NCBI GenBank assembly: GCA_973895155.1
Contig: OZ316894.1
Span: 13,184,828 to 13,248,827 of the forward strand
Length of the DNA: 64,000 bases
Reading direction: 5' to 3'
Origin: Marsupella aquatica
Taxonomy: Eukaryota; Plantae; Marchantiophyta
The first letter of the stretch is position 1, and the number at the start of each line of letters is the position of its first letter. Positions 1 through 12,615 of this stretch are shown piece by piece. The position numbers were made by a program, and so were the translations under genes. Below the pieces are notes generated by a model. The model did not search any database. It was given only the letters and a program-made list of their open reading frames with translations, and was not told the origin of the DNA.

Positions 1-60
1 TAAAAGGAGCGGCCCTCCACCACTGTCATGGTAGCGGTGGCTGATCCTCAATGGACGCCC

Positions 61-3000
61 CTAACGCTTCTTCCGCAGCCACTGCCGTAGGTCCTCCTCT
101 GACAGATTACCTGCCCCGGACCGAGTCAACTCTCCATCGGCCTGACTAGGTCCACCCTCGACTTTGGTCTCAGCATCGGCCACGGCCTCTAATACGGCTA
201 CGGCCTCCCTGGCATGCTCTAGTGGAGGATCCGATACCCTGGCTTCATCATTGATTGTTCCGGCCTCGGCCTTACCATCCCCGCCTTCTAGGGGTGGATC
301 TACCGTGATCCTGCTTGAGGTTGGCGCCGGTTGTACCTCCTCTGTCACGACAGCTTGAGAAGCCGCATTACTCCCTGACCCAAAAGGTTTCCGCTTCTTC
401 TTCTTCCCTGTTTCGGAAGCTGGTCCCTTCCCCTTGCCACTTGTCTCCGACACCGGTGCGAGTGTCGCAGCTTGTCCTTCGGCCAGTACTACTCCTGGCA
501 ACTTGGTTGCCCCAATTGGACTTGATGAACCCAAGCACTTAAATACTGCGGCTTGTTTCTTTAGCTGCTCTGTTTGGTTGTCGGCTTGCCGCTGTAAGTT
601 CTCCATCTTCCTTGTGCTTTCCTCCAACTCCTCTTGCACTTCGTCCAGGTCCTTGCGCGCCTCCTCTAGCTCCTTTTGGGCTTCCTCCAATTCCTTCTTT
701 AAGGTAGCCCTCTCCTCCTGGGTTGCTCTTAGCTCCTTGTCGAGCTCTACTACGACCTTAGACTCCATTTTATTCATCTTGGCATAAGTCTGATCGAGCT
801 GGTCGTCTTTCTCACGCAGGTTGGCGTTGAAGCTGGCCGTCAGGGATGCAAGCTCTTGCTACAACACAATAATCCCTTGATAGGATTTCCCTAACTCGGC
901 CTCCTTCTGCTCAAAGGCTCCGCGGATATCCTCGAGTTCCCCCTTCAATGCCCTTTCCCTTCTCTGAGTCTCCGCCATGGCCCGATTGTTGGCTGCTATG
1001 TGGGCCTCCTCTGCGTCCCTCAGCTCCCGCTTCCACTTCTCCCTTTCCTTGACCGCAATGGCCAACTCCCCTGGGTCCGAGTCAGTTTATCCTTGATAAT
1101 CTGATTATCAGACTGAGCGGTATCCAATTGCCCCTGCATGATGTTTAGCTCATGCCGCTTAATCCGCAGCTCATCTTGGGCTTTCTTGGCCGCCTTCAGG
1201 TCTTCCACCTTGGCTTCCCTTGCCCTAAGTCGACGGATGACCTTGTCTTTCTTTCTTCTTTCCAAAGCCACTGCTTCTTCTAATCGGCGTTTTTCCAACA
1301 TCTCCCCTTGGAAAAAAGGTCCCTGCTCCAACTCCTCCCCAAAGATGCTGAGCGCAAGTTCCCCACACATCTCCCCGTACTCCATGGCTCTTTCTTTAGC
1401 ATAGGTGGAGTGAGTAGAAGTCATCGGCATCAACCACCGTGGCCTTTGTTCCCAAGCCGCCTTGCGGATTTCTTCTATCGTGGCTGGAGGGCTGCTTTGT
1501 TTTTCTGCAAGCCGCTTGATGTCCTATGGCCATTCTCCCCCTGGTAAATCTTTCTCCCTAGCCAGGGCTGCCCTCTCTTCCTCCCTGAGTCGCTCCTGAA
1601 ACTCTTGTGCCGTCTGTTTTATGCCATCAAAGCTCGGGGGAGCGACATCTGGCGGGAGGGACTTGGGGCTATTCTGCTGGGTGGGGTCCCCTCGAACTAC
1701 TCTTGGAAGCGTGGGGATGAAACGGCCACAGGTCCTTATTCCTAGGACATGATGGTCTGACCCGTAGCCGGAGTCATCATTGCTGTAGTCCTCCACCGCC
1801 TCCTCCACTGCTTGGACTACCGGCTCCCCCCGCTGCTCCCCTGGTCTTGCCGTGAACACGGCCTCTTGCCAATCATAGCTAGCAGGTCCTAGTTCCTCCT
1901 CTGGCTTCTAGGTTGTCTTCTCCCTCTATTTCCCCTGAACATGAGCCTTAGGCTGCCTTCCCTCGGCTACAGGACTCGAGGCTCCTACATACATTCGAAC
2001 CCCCGGCTTGTGTTCCGGCCTCCTTCTTTCCTTGGCTCCGGTAAAGGGGTTTTCCTTCATTAGTCAGCTTAGCCCAACCTCTGAAGGAGTGTCCTGTACC
2101 TGTGCCATTGCCGTTGCCGTTCTCTTTTCCTTCTCCAGCAATTTCAGCAGATTCTACATGCCTGGTTGCTGCATCGGCAAGTCCTCCGTCCTCGGCATAA
2201 ACACCTGCTCGATTGTAGGACTGTCGGGATGGTTTGGTTTCTCTGTTGCTGGCCTCTATTCCGGAACCTCCTCTGGTGCCCTTGCTTGCAGTGGAAGTAC
2301 AAGGGCAAAGATCTGACTTTGGGCATACCGGCACAACAGCGGCATGTGATAGCCAAGCCGGGACACGCTTCCCATGCCGATCGCCTGCTGTTCCTCCTTC
2401 AAGATCTTCTTCAGTTGGGTGAGGAGGTACCCATTGTAGTCCCGGCTTGGGTCTGGCCTTTCCGCTAGGCAGACCTGTGCCTTGCCAATCTCTGGCCTCT
2501 GGCAAGTTGCAGTGCATGGTTACCCGCAAGAAATCGATGATCTCTCCTATGTGCGGGTTGGTGCAGGTGTTCCAAAAGAAGCCATTCTTTGTTGATGGCC
2601 CTGGGAACAATCGGAACTCCTTGTCTAGCAAGGTCTTTCGGGTATCTACTTTGGTCTTATTGCCCATCAGCAAGCCAAACACTTTGGCAATCACCCAGGG
2701 AGTGAGATAGAAATCCTTCCCATACACCCGTGTGGAATTGGTCTCAAGTTCCCATGATCCCACAAATTCTAATAAGTCTGAATCCGGCACCTCCGGCTTC
2801 AGCCATGGTAATTTCACGAAAGCTTCCAAGCCGGATCCGGCCATGAAGCCCTGGTACTTCCAAGTCTGCATAGCCGTAAAGCATGCATCCTCTTCACGTG
2901 CAAAGTGCAATTGCACTTCCTCGAGGAGGGTCGCCGCCCAGCCTTTTCAGGTGTCATCTCTTGTTGGAACGACATTGATGGGGTCGACCTCCTCTTCTTT

Positions 3001-3720
3001 AGCTTTGTCCTGCCTCCTGCTCCCTTGCTCGGTTGGCTTCCTTGGTGCCGCCGACCTCATTCTCTTCGCAGGGGTGGTCACTTCATTGGCGTTCCCTTTC
3101 CTCTTCATAGCTATTGCCGTGGATGTTTCTCCTAGCACGGTTGCCTTTGTCCACCCCTCCGTGCTACCCTTCAACTCCCAGTGTATGTCGTTGCAGCGGT
3201 TGATGGCTTCCCGGATCCCGACTATTCTGTTCTCACAAAACAGAAGATCGTTGAGTTTGTCGCCAGTAGGTGTCCACAGGAATTCAGCCGTGATGAGTTC
3301 TCCTCCTAAGAAGGCAGACTTTTGCAGCTCCCACAATTGAGCAAGCTCCTGCCGTTCTTGAGCGGCTCTCTTCGATTCTTCATCCTTGTAGGTCCCAATG
3401 TACTCAGTTTCCCGTTCTAACAGGCATCCCCAAAAATAAGCAGCCTGATTGACGTTGCTCATACCCTTCCTTGAATTGATAGTTGATATCTGCTCCCTCC
3501 CCAAGTGCTTGCCTAAGCAGCTGACAATAGTTGCTTCACGTATTCGTCTGCTTAGTTCGTGCTTGCAAATGAGCCACCATTCCTTGCAATCGATCCTTAC
3601 CTCCCCTACCTGGTCTTCCTTCCCGTTAGTTACCCATAGCCGCCGGTACTTAGCGCGCCCTAACCCTAATTGTGTTCCCTCTCCCGATGTCCTTACTTCC
3701 GGCCTTGGCTCGGGTTCCAT
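61..3720 (-). pseudogene. LTR-B-encoded accessory protein (~1200 codons, broken by stops and frameshifts): plant-transposon-type globular domain plus long C-terminal coiled coil
   Basis: ORF pieces 2947-3720 (MEPEPRPEVRT), 1948-2916, 1524-1859, 1020-1433, 859-1065 and 61-777 join into the frame that is continuous in copy 2 (41115-42317). Confidence 0.75.
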
Positions 3721-4653
3721 AGTCACCCTTAATTGTTTATATTTTCCTTGTTTTTGTTTTTGTTTTTTTTGGGGTGGAAATAAAACCCGCAAAACCCTAC
3801 GGGAAAGGGGCCAAACAGGCAACATAGGGGCCCACGCCGGGCAGACGGGTGACAAAAGACCAACTAAAACCTAGAGAGCTCTTACCAAAGAAACCCCGGG
3901 CAAGGAGCCATAGGGTGAGAAGGCTAGAAGGTATCAACAACCATGCTAAGCCCTAGATACTGGTTCTATCTAATGCATCCCACTAGTGAGGCACAAAAAG
4001 TCTAAGTCTAGTGGGCTAAGGATAGAAGTAGGAAGTCAGGAGGAAGAGGAGAACCAAGCCTCCCCCCGGGGGGCCCAGTTCAAGCGTTCCTTAATAATTT
4101 CCTCGATCCGCAGCAACCATGTGCGCCTATTGCAGGGGCCTAAATCCTCACACAGTCCATGGAGTTGATCAATGACCTCCATAAATATCTTCAACAGGTC
4201 AAAACATCTGCTTCTGCCATTATTGAATACACTGTCATTCCGAGCAAGCCAAATGTGCCAGAGTACTTGATACACCATGAAAATGATCAGTGAATGTGAC
4301 GCCGCCGGTACGGCGAGTAATCAGTAATTCAGTCTGGACCGCGCTTAGCACGCGTGTTAGGGGTATCTTAGGCCGCTATTATTAGCATAACGACAGTATT
4401 TAGATAACCATTATGAGTAGGAAATCATTAGTCAATAAGGGGAATTCATGTTCGGACTGGTGGCATGTCGCCATTCGCATGCCCGGGTAGCAAGCGTGGA
4501 GGGGCCCCTCCCTCGGGTCCATATAACAAACTTAGGGAAGCGGCCACTAACACGCGCTGACTCAGACCGGCGGAGTGGCCGGTACACTACAAGCGTGAAT
4601 GGTTCAGCCTATAGGCAACGAGGAGACGTCGGGTGATCGACAAGCCCTCAGGG

Positions 4654-4660
4654 TATAAAA
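4654..4660 (+). promoter_or_regulatory. Candidate TATA box of LTR-A
   Basis: TATAAAA followed by a G-rich run is conserved in all three LTR-A copies (also ~46723 and ~55314), about 100 bp upstream of the ORF ATG. Confidence 0.55.
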
Positions 4661-4761
4661 AGGGAGCCGACCCTTTGTAGTGCACCAGTCCATCAGTCCA
4701 CGCGCCAGCTTTGACCCCAGCTCTCTCGTTCTCTCTTAGTCGCCACTGCTATCTCCTCTGA

Positions 4762-7397
4762 ATGTTGCACACGATCCTCTCCAGTTTGGCCATTCAATTC
4801 TGGACGCAGTTCCTATCTACCGGAAGACACTTGGCCGACTCATTGAAACACGCCAACCCGCACCGATACAAAATCAAACGCGAGTACGAGAGAGCCATCC
4901 GCCTAGCAGGACGACACCACTATATCCTTAACTTTGACTACCCGTCTCAAAGCAAGCTTTACCGACCAGCAAAGGTATCTCGGTACTTCTTCAACGGAGA
5001 CAAATATATTGGTTTCTGGGAAGCATTGCTTCGGCTTCCGGACGAGGTCTTCAATATCCCGGGTACGATTGACTTGCAGCGACATCACTTCGACCACATC
5101 CCTGCTCAGGTTTGGGCTATGATCAACAGCGAGTCCAGCACTACCCGTTCAACAAGGCCTTCTGCACTTGCTTCGGAGAACTTCTACCAGCACCTGCAGA
5201 GCTTCATGGGAACTAGGCCCGCACCCGCCGGCGCCGGCCTAGTCGACCCCATACCCGTACCCGCACCAGCGCAGACTCAGCTTCAGTCTCAGTCTCAGCC
5301 TCAACCTAGCCAACCCCCACCGCCGATCGCCCCGCCAGTACAAGTACGCTCCATCATCAACGCTGTGGACCTTAGCGACGACAACGAGGATACCCCACCC
5401 TTGCTCAGGCGGCCCAGAGGAGCAAACACTTAGGGGGCCGACACTACATCGTCCCCTCCCCATGCTCGGACCCAAGGAGCGGCTCCAGCAGACAACACGG
5501 TGACCGTGGCCGCCCCGGGCCCAATACTAACGGCGGTAGCACTACCTATGCCCAATCGTGAGGATGGGGAGGTGTCACCCTCCCTGAGCCAGTCATGAGG
5601 GAAGAAGAGGAAGGAACCCGCTGCTGCATCCGGGTTACCATTGGCCACGGTAGCTGCGGCCAAGGTGACAATGCACCGCATGGGGGAAAACATGCATAAA
5701 AACATCCTTCATCCCAAACATGCGGTGTACCTGAAGACTCAGGGATTCGAGCACCTCGCCTCTCTCCCCTGGAACACTTGCAGGTACTACGGGGAGGACA
5801 TGACGGAATTCGTCAAGAATTATGATGACGCATGTCAACTTACTCGGCTGCAGGGAAGGAATATGTCCCTCATGGAAGAATGGCTCAAGATGATCTTCGG
5901 GTTATCCGAAGGTGACCATCGAGTTGAATCACGGGCTCCCGGGGGCAAGGGAGCCAAGTACCAATCCTCGAGTTTTCCCTCAGAGGGAGCAGTGGACAAC
6001 GGGTTCGTGATGAGGACCTGTCTCATTCCCGAGATAGCTGAGCGACTGGAGTTCCAAAGGTACACCCTCCATATGATGGAACCCCGGGGGGAGATCTCCG
6101 CTGCCCAGGTTATCCAGGTCGAGAACTATCGACCTAGGAAGTGGGCATCATACTTCGCTAAGAAATTCCATGAAGAGATGGAGAGGCGAAGAAAGACGCT
6201 ATACATTGGCGGGAAGGCGTATTTTGCTAGCCACATCGAGATCATTCTCGAGTGGTATGCTCGGTTTGATCGACGAACCCTTCCCCATATCAACGTTACA
6301 AAGCTGGTCCCAGCTAAGTGGGTTTTCCCGGCCTTGGAGAGACGGCCCCAACCCGAGGCCCGAAGTCCAGCGGACATGCAGGCTTCACCCACCCCACCTC
6401 CACAAGTAGCTGTAGTCGTGACCGAGGAGGTACCGGATGGGTCAGTAATCGCAACCATAGATGCGATCCAACAGGCCGGGCCAAGTACAGAAGTCGGTAG
6501 AGCGGAGCCCTTACTCGAGCCCGGGTCTCCCAAAGACCCACCGGTGGCTATTCCGGAGAACCGGACATTGCTGCAGGAGGACACTCCAACCCCTTCCAAC
6601 ACTACGTCCCCAGGGTTGGATATCACTGCCCCGGCCCCCGCGTGTGTGGACATCTGCCCGTGCCCAACTCCGGACAAGCACAACCTAGACCACCCGGAAC
6701 TCTTCGTACCGAGTACATTTCTGAACGGGCTTTTGGGAGATTTCTCTCATCAAATTGCCCCGGATACCGGGGAGTTCATGGCCCGGAAGGTAGCCTGTTT
6801 CTTCAATCAGGAGTTGGTTGCCGCAGTAAAGGCAGGTTGGGCCCAATCAGAGCCCTTCAAAGGATAGAGCGGTACCGGGTGGAGTCCGTATACTTAAAGA
6901 ACAAAGTTGCAGCTCAAGAGGCTGAGCTTCTGCAACTACGACCCAAAGTTGCAGCCGCCGATGAGTTGTTAGCGAAGGCGCACGCCCTTACCGCCCTAGC
7001 CGAACAGGCCAAAGCTGGGAACGAGGCCAAGATTGCATGACTCCGGAACCAGATTGACAGTTTGAAGAATCAAACTGTCATCTGGCAGAAAGACCTAGAG
7101 GAGGCCAAAGAACGGGCCCAGCTGGACACTGCGGAGATAGCCACGCTACAGGCCGAAGTGGTGCGGCTCCAAACTGAAGCCGAGAAGCAGGACCAGCTGG
7201 CAGGCAAGCTGACGAGCGACGCCCAGCAGCTGGAGGAGGCATGCCAGGAGGTAGCAGAGGAGACGGACGCGGTGAAGCGAGAGAACGAATCTCTGCTGGA
7301 CCAGGTCCAGCTCCTCAAGGCGGACAACGATAGACTTCGTAAGCAGCGGGATGGCCGCTCCCACTCGGGCGGCTCTGGCAAGTGTGTCAGGCATTAG
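4762..7397 (+). pseudogene. LTR-A-encoded accessory protein (~880 codons in consensus): N-terminal domain, Pro/Gln linker, plant-transposon-type domain, C-terminal coiled coil
   Basis: ORFs 4762-5433, 5641-6867 and 7062-7397. The stops (TAG 5431, TGA 5596, TGA 7038) and a 1-bp deletion near 6852 are open in the other copies. Confidence 0.8.
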
Positions 7398-9149
7398 CGA
7401 CGGAGTAGGAATAGAATAGGGTTAGGAATAGCTAAATCAGGCTATGGGGACAGGAACCTGCCCTAGTTAGAGCAGCACCGCCATGCTGTCCAGCCTGCGT
7501 AGGTTAGGATCTTCTAATAAGACACAGCCATTTTTCGGCCTGACAGTCAGATTAGTTAGGACCTAAGTCAGCGAATCTTTGGGCGGGAGGACACTCCGTT
7601 CCTCGGCTCTTAGTATTTAGTGCACCCCTTGGTAGAGGCAGGGGGTTTTTAGTCTCAGTATTGGACATCCGCGGTATGTGCGCGCGGGGAGTCTCGACCT
7701 CTGGGAGTGGAAGAGTACCAAGGGGAGGGTGTAAGACTAAGGCTCTCGCTGGGCGAGTGCGGAGCCGGGCTCCGTTGTAGTGTACACCCTCAGCCTCGGA
7801 CCTGTTCACTCCAGAGCATTTGGGTCAACTAAGTGTACGCATATGTCTCTTATGGAGTAAAATCCCTTCCCGTTATTTCCTTCGTATAAATCGAGATTTT
7901 ATGCTTGTGCGTATGTATGTGTGTGAATCTCGTGTATAGGTGCCAACGCTTGGCCGAACGCACTACCCAAGTAGTGCACGGGGTGCAGCTTGCGTGTACG
8001 TGGTTTCAAGCCCGGGTTGAGCACCCATACCACCAAAATCCGGATTGAAGGCGGACAATACGAAGGCTTAGAAGCCCTTAAGCCAGGGTCGATCCTGCTA
8101 TCGATTGAGGTACGTTCCGGCGGTGGAACACAAATCATACCTAGGAGGTGTCCGTATATGACGATAGGCGCACTTAGCGCTATTTTATGTAAGTTGGGTG
8201 CATTCCGTGCCTCCCTCCCTGCCCGAACCCTCATTTTGACAAAGGATGTGCCTATTTAAGCCGAAGCCGAAGTAAGGCCAAGGCTGACGACATGACAGTG
8301 AACGAGCTAGGCTTTGGCCCTGAAATGCCTCCATTAGAGCTCTCAGATCAACTGCTGGCCAAGTGATCAAATCTGGAAAAGTCCTGGCAACCAAATCCCA
8401 TCCTTTGGCAGCAAGCTTGCATGTAAAGAAAATGTGGGGTATACTCTCAGGAGCATTACGGCACAGACCACAAGTACCATCACTCTTACCCATCCGCAAA
8501 GCCCGTATGTTAGTGAAGAGCCCTTGTGCAATCACTCTCCAAAGAAATGTGCGAGACTTCGTGGGGAGATCAGACGCCCATAGTGAGTGCCAAAATTTAC
8601 TCCACTCCAGATCAGAGAGATGAAGCGACCAGATTCTGTTGAGCCTAGTAAAGTCATAGCCTTTCGTGTGCAGGGTTATTTTCCTTGTTTTTGTTACTAT
8701 ACTAATGTGTTTCCAGGGTACACTCCTGATTTTACCATTTAAACTGGCCTAGTGATTCCTGGCTAGGCATCACACCCACCTATTGCCTACCAATCCATGT
8801 CTTGTCCGTAGTCTTGCCTATACTAGTTTAGCCAAACTGGTAAAACATATCTAAACTGTGTGAGTGATTGTATGCCCCACTAGGGCGCTGTGTGCATCAT
8901 TTTTGTCCAAAAAATTTGTGTATCTCAAATTGGATCTTGTATGTTAGCCCTATCTTGGGTTTTCCTTATTACAATTCCACAATGGGTTTTCAAATATAGA
9001 TTTTATCAGTTTTATAAGGCACCTAAGGGTATAAAAGTTATCAAAAACTAATTTTTTACATGGAACAAGGGTAATGTATTTGAAAGAAAAAATACTAAGA
9101 AGGGGTAGGCAAGGGGGGTCCGGGCGCAGGGGGTACACTTAGTATACAT

Positions 9150-10539
9150 AGAGTGAGGGCCCATGGGCCAACTGCTGAGCCCTCGTGAAGACAATGTTGA
9201 TGAGAAACAATGGGACCGCATGCAGGAGCAGGGAGTGTCGTGTGTTGCACTCTATCTCATGCCTCCCATCATCAAGCAGTTGGGTGCACATAGGGATTGC
9301 ATATCCTTGTTTGCAGAGTTGCAAAGCAAGTATCACCGCAAGGAGTTGTCGAACCGGCTCTACACTTCCTACAAACTGATGAGTTTTAGGATGAAGGAAA
9401 CCGGTACAAAGTTGTAGGACCATGTGGATGCTTTCAACGATATATATGGTTGTTGACTTGGAAAACCTTGAGAAATCAAATGATGAGAAGAAGGCTCTGC
9501 AGCTTCTCAGTCCATTGCCTCCATCTTACTAGTCCTTATCACGAGTGTTGTTGCATTGTGATAGGAATACCATCTCATACAATGAGGTGGTGAGTTCTCT
9601 ACTTATTGATGATCTTCAATAGAAGATACAGATACATCACAACCCTCATCATCTAGTGTTGCTCTCAATGTTAATCGTGGGAGGAGTATGCAGCAACCAA
9701 CTGGGGATCGTAGAACCCAGTTTAGATCTAAATCCAGATCTAAGTCAAGGGGCAAGTCCCCGGAGAGAAGGCAGGTGATATGTTGGAAGTGCAACAAGGT
9801 TGGACACTTCAAGCGAGACTATAAGGGAAAGGCAGCTAAATATTCATCAGAAAATGTGGCTAGGGCTGATGGAGACGTTGATTTACTCAATGATGAGTAT
9901 GTGTTATGAAGCCAGGGGTATGCCCTGTGCACGTTAGGTAGGAGAGCAAATGATATGTGGATTCTTGATTGTGCTTGCTCTTTTCATATTTGTTACATTC
10001 ATGAGTTTTCAGTTCTTATTCTGTTTCAAACGGTTAGTTCTGATGGGAAATGATCACTCTTGTCAAATTGAGGGAATTGGGTCTAAGAAGATTCAGATAT
10101 TTGATGGCGCTGTGCGCACAGTGTCTAGAGTCAGGTATATACCTGGCATGCGTAAGAATTTGATTTCATTTGGTGTGTTGGATTCAAATGGTCATCAATG
10201 GAGCATTATTGATGGTGAGCTTCAAGTCATGTTCGGAGAGACAATGATTCTAAAGGGGAGCAGACAAAAGAATTTGTATGTGTTGCAAGGCAATATTGTA
10301 TGTGAAGAGGCCAATGTAACCAAGTCTCACAAGGAGATGACTCAATTGTGGCATTCACGGCTAGGCCACATGAGTGAGAAGGGTTTGGCTATCTTACGGA
10401 AGAATGGACTCATTTCTGATTTGGAGTCTTGTAAATTAGAGTTCTATGAGCATTGCATTCTTGGAAAGCAGCGTCGTCATGCTTTTGGTGTTGAAACTCA
10501 TCGTTCCAAAGTGGTTCTTGAGTACATACATAGTGATAT
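9150..10539 (+). pseudogene. Ty1/Copia gag-pol remnant (gag, zinc knuckle, protease, GAG-pre-integrase, start of integrase)
   Basis: Motifs in Copia order: SNRLY..YKLMSFRMKE, CWKCNKVGHFKRD, WILDCACSFHIC, LWHSRLGHMSEKG, CILGKQ...LEYIHSD. It is cut at 10540 by another LTR. Confidence 0.9.
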
Positions 10540-11136
10540 TGTTGTCGGGAAAAAGAGGGTGAGAGGTGATGGTGGACTTCTTGTTTTTGAAGCTTTGGCG
10601 TGGACTTGATGGAAAACGAGTGTAGGTTTGAGGTGTATAGTCCCTAGGCAATAAGACAAAAGAGGAATAAAGGATGAAGGATTTAGCTTAGGCTTAATGG
10701 ATTTAAGGCAATTATTGTGGTTGCAACATGTGGCGTCATGTGTGCCCGATTCATAAGGGGCAGGTTTTGAATCAGCCGCGCAAAGGAGGTTTGGGTGAAA
10801 TAGGAGAGAAACGGCCATTTGTGGCGTTGTTGTGTTGTTGTGTGGCTATAATCTTTCACCACTGGAGTGAGGCAAGAGGAATCGGCAGGAGGCAAGAAAC
10901 AGGAATTCAATTTTGGGGAGTGGGGACGTTAGAGTGGATGAAGAGAAGAAGGCAAAGGTGAAGGCTGAGGCGCGATGGAGGTTTGAGGAGGGAGGAGAGT
11001 GAAACAACCGATTATGGGCAGGGTGTTTAGGGTTGCTATAGATTTCATCTTTGAGAGAACAGGGCGATGTGGCTTCAGGTGACATGGAATGGAGAGGCAA
11101 TTCAGAGGTTGAGATCGGGGAGTGAAGGAATTGAGT

Positions 11137-12615
11137 GGTGGACCTCGCCACCCAGCGCCCTCACCAATCCCAGCACTTGCGCCTAAGTGCCCTTGGTGCC
11201 CGATTGCCTCCACGGAATACCTCGAGCAAGCATCCAAGTGCCCCAAGCACCACCTGCGGCCCCTCCCATATGAAGCCGCACTTGCTCACCTACACGACCG
11301 CTACTCAACGGTCCTCACTATCTGCACAAGCAACCCAACACCTCGGTAAGTAACCCCTCCGGATCTAGAACTCGCCAAGTCTAGCATCCTAACTCAAGCT
11401 CAACAGACATTGGTAAATAGGTCAGCGATAGGTCCTCCCGATGCCATAAGCCGGAACCAGAACCCACGCCCACTGTCCGTCCAAGACAGCTCCTTCCTTG
11501 GGCACGGCCTGGGTTCCCCCTCGTACCTATCCATCACCAACTGACCGCCCTGACCTCAGGACATGCTCATGGCCCAATTAGCGTAGCTTGTCCTAAAGCT
11601 TGTCTCAACACGCCGGGACCAGAACGGCCCCGACTCAAACACCCACTCCCGGTTCGCCCCACTGATGGTCTAGGGACCGGGCGTCCTTGGGATTCAGCCT
11701 CCTTACCTACTTGGCCTTGCCCCCCCAACGCAAGCTCCCTTGGGAGGCTGAACGCGGCTTGGCTGCTATTCGGCAGGATTTGGCAAGCGGGCGAGCTAAC
11801 ACCCACAAACCACGAGAACCCATGGCATCCCCAGACCCAGATGAGCTCAAAAGGGCGTAGCCCTCCTCAAGATCTTTCCAACGCACCTAAGAAGTCCTCC
11901 AACGGACTTCCCGTTGGGAAGATATCACCATTTCCGTTTGGCGGTTTCCCTTAGTGTCGCGACCGCCGCGGCTCACGACTTTGGCTCGCCCTTAGCCCCC
12001 AGGGAGACACCACTCCCCTCATATATGCTTCTGGAGACCTGCCACCCCCGGACCATCTTTGGTCCCTAAACATTGGCCCCCAACCCGGATCCCATCGCGC
12101 ATAATGGGCGCGCCACCAACTGGCAATGCCCATAACTTTCTTGATAGGCATCCGCAAGCGGAGTGCCTTAGCCCGTTGTGACCGGGCCGACCCAGTGCTC
12201 ATGCCTAGGCCCTCAGGTCTGATTGCCGCTCAGGGCCCCCGACCGGCCCAACCCGGATTGGGCCACAACTTGCGCCCCAAGCGTTCGTTGCCAATGGCAA
12301 CAACTCCATTGGCCTTGGGCCCAAGAGGAGCTCACTCCCAAGCCCTCAGAACTCAAAGCCCATCCGATGGTCCGGACGGCCACCCTTGAGCCCGGCCCAT
12401 TTCCCCTTGACCCAACCAGCCATAGGCTAGTCCAAGTCCTTAGTGTGTGTCCCCAGCTTGGCCCCGTGCCTCGCTAGTGCCACGTCTCATTGCCCACAAG
12501 TCTCCCCATGCTAAGTCCTCCCCGGATGGCCTATCCGGGCCTGGACCATAAGGGAGCTCGGCATCGGAGTCAGCGACGCCGGAGCTAAGTGTTAAGGTAG
12601 TCGAGTTCCGCGACT
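11137..12615. other. GC-rich 1.48-kb insertion of unknown class
   Basis: Abrupt composition shift, flanked by the 8-bp direct repeat AATTGAGT (11129-11136, 12616-12623); no TIR, poly-A or recognisable domain. Confidence 0.55.

Larger units (their letters stand above)
4295..8297 (+). mobile_element. Solo LTR, family A (4003 bp)
   Basis: TGTGACG...CATGACA termini; 5-bp TSD GTGAA (4290-4294, 8298-8302); homologous end to end to the 5' LTR of the Gypsy element at 54955. Confidence 0.95.
3759..8676 (-). mobile_element. 5'-truncated L1-clade LINE (zf-RVT C-terminus of ORF2, 3' UTR, poly-A), split by solo LTR-A
   Basis: 19-bp TSD TATTTTCCTTGTTTTTGTT at 3740-3758 and 8677-8695; T-tract at 3759-3770. 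ORF halves 8185-8535 (CGLC...ESIPHIFFTC) and 4036-4278 (YQVLWHIWLARN) rejoin in frame once LTR-A is removed. Confidence 0.92.
1..8774 (-). mobile_element. Long LTR, family B, copy 1 (left end outside window; interrupted by LINE at 3759-8676)
   Basis: 1-3758 plus 8696-8774 is colinear with the solo LTR at 39926-43484, and both end in ...GGCTAGGCATCACA (TGTGATGCC on the minus strand). Confidence 0.85.

Noticed and set aside
61-1433. Coiled-coil ORFs as a host myosin/SMC/tropomyosin gene
   Set aside because: They lie inside a repeated, TSD-bounded LTR family, and the resemblance is only compositional.
8775-9145. Possible MITE or Helitron end (short inverted TTGCCTACC/GGTAGGCAA, GC-rich tail)
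   Set aside because: No TSD, canonical hairpin-CTAG or second terminus could be identified.
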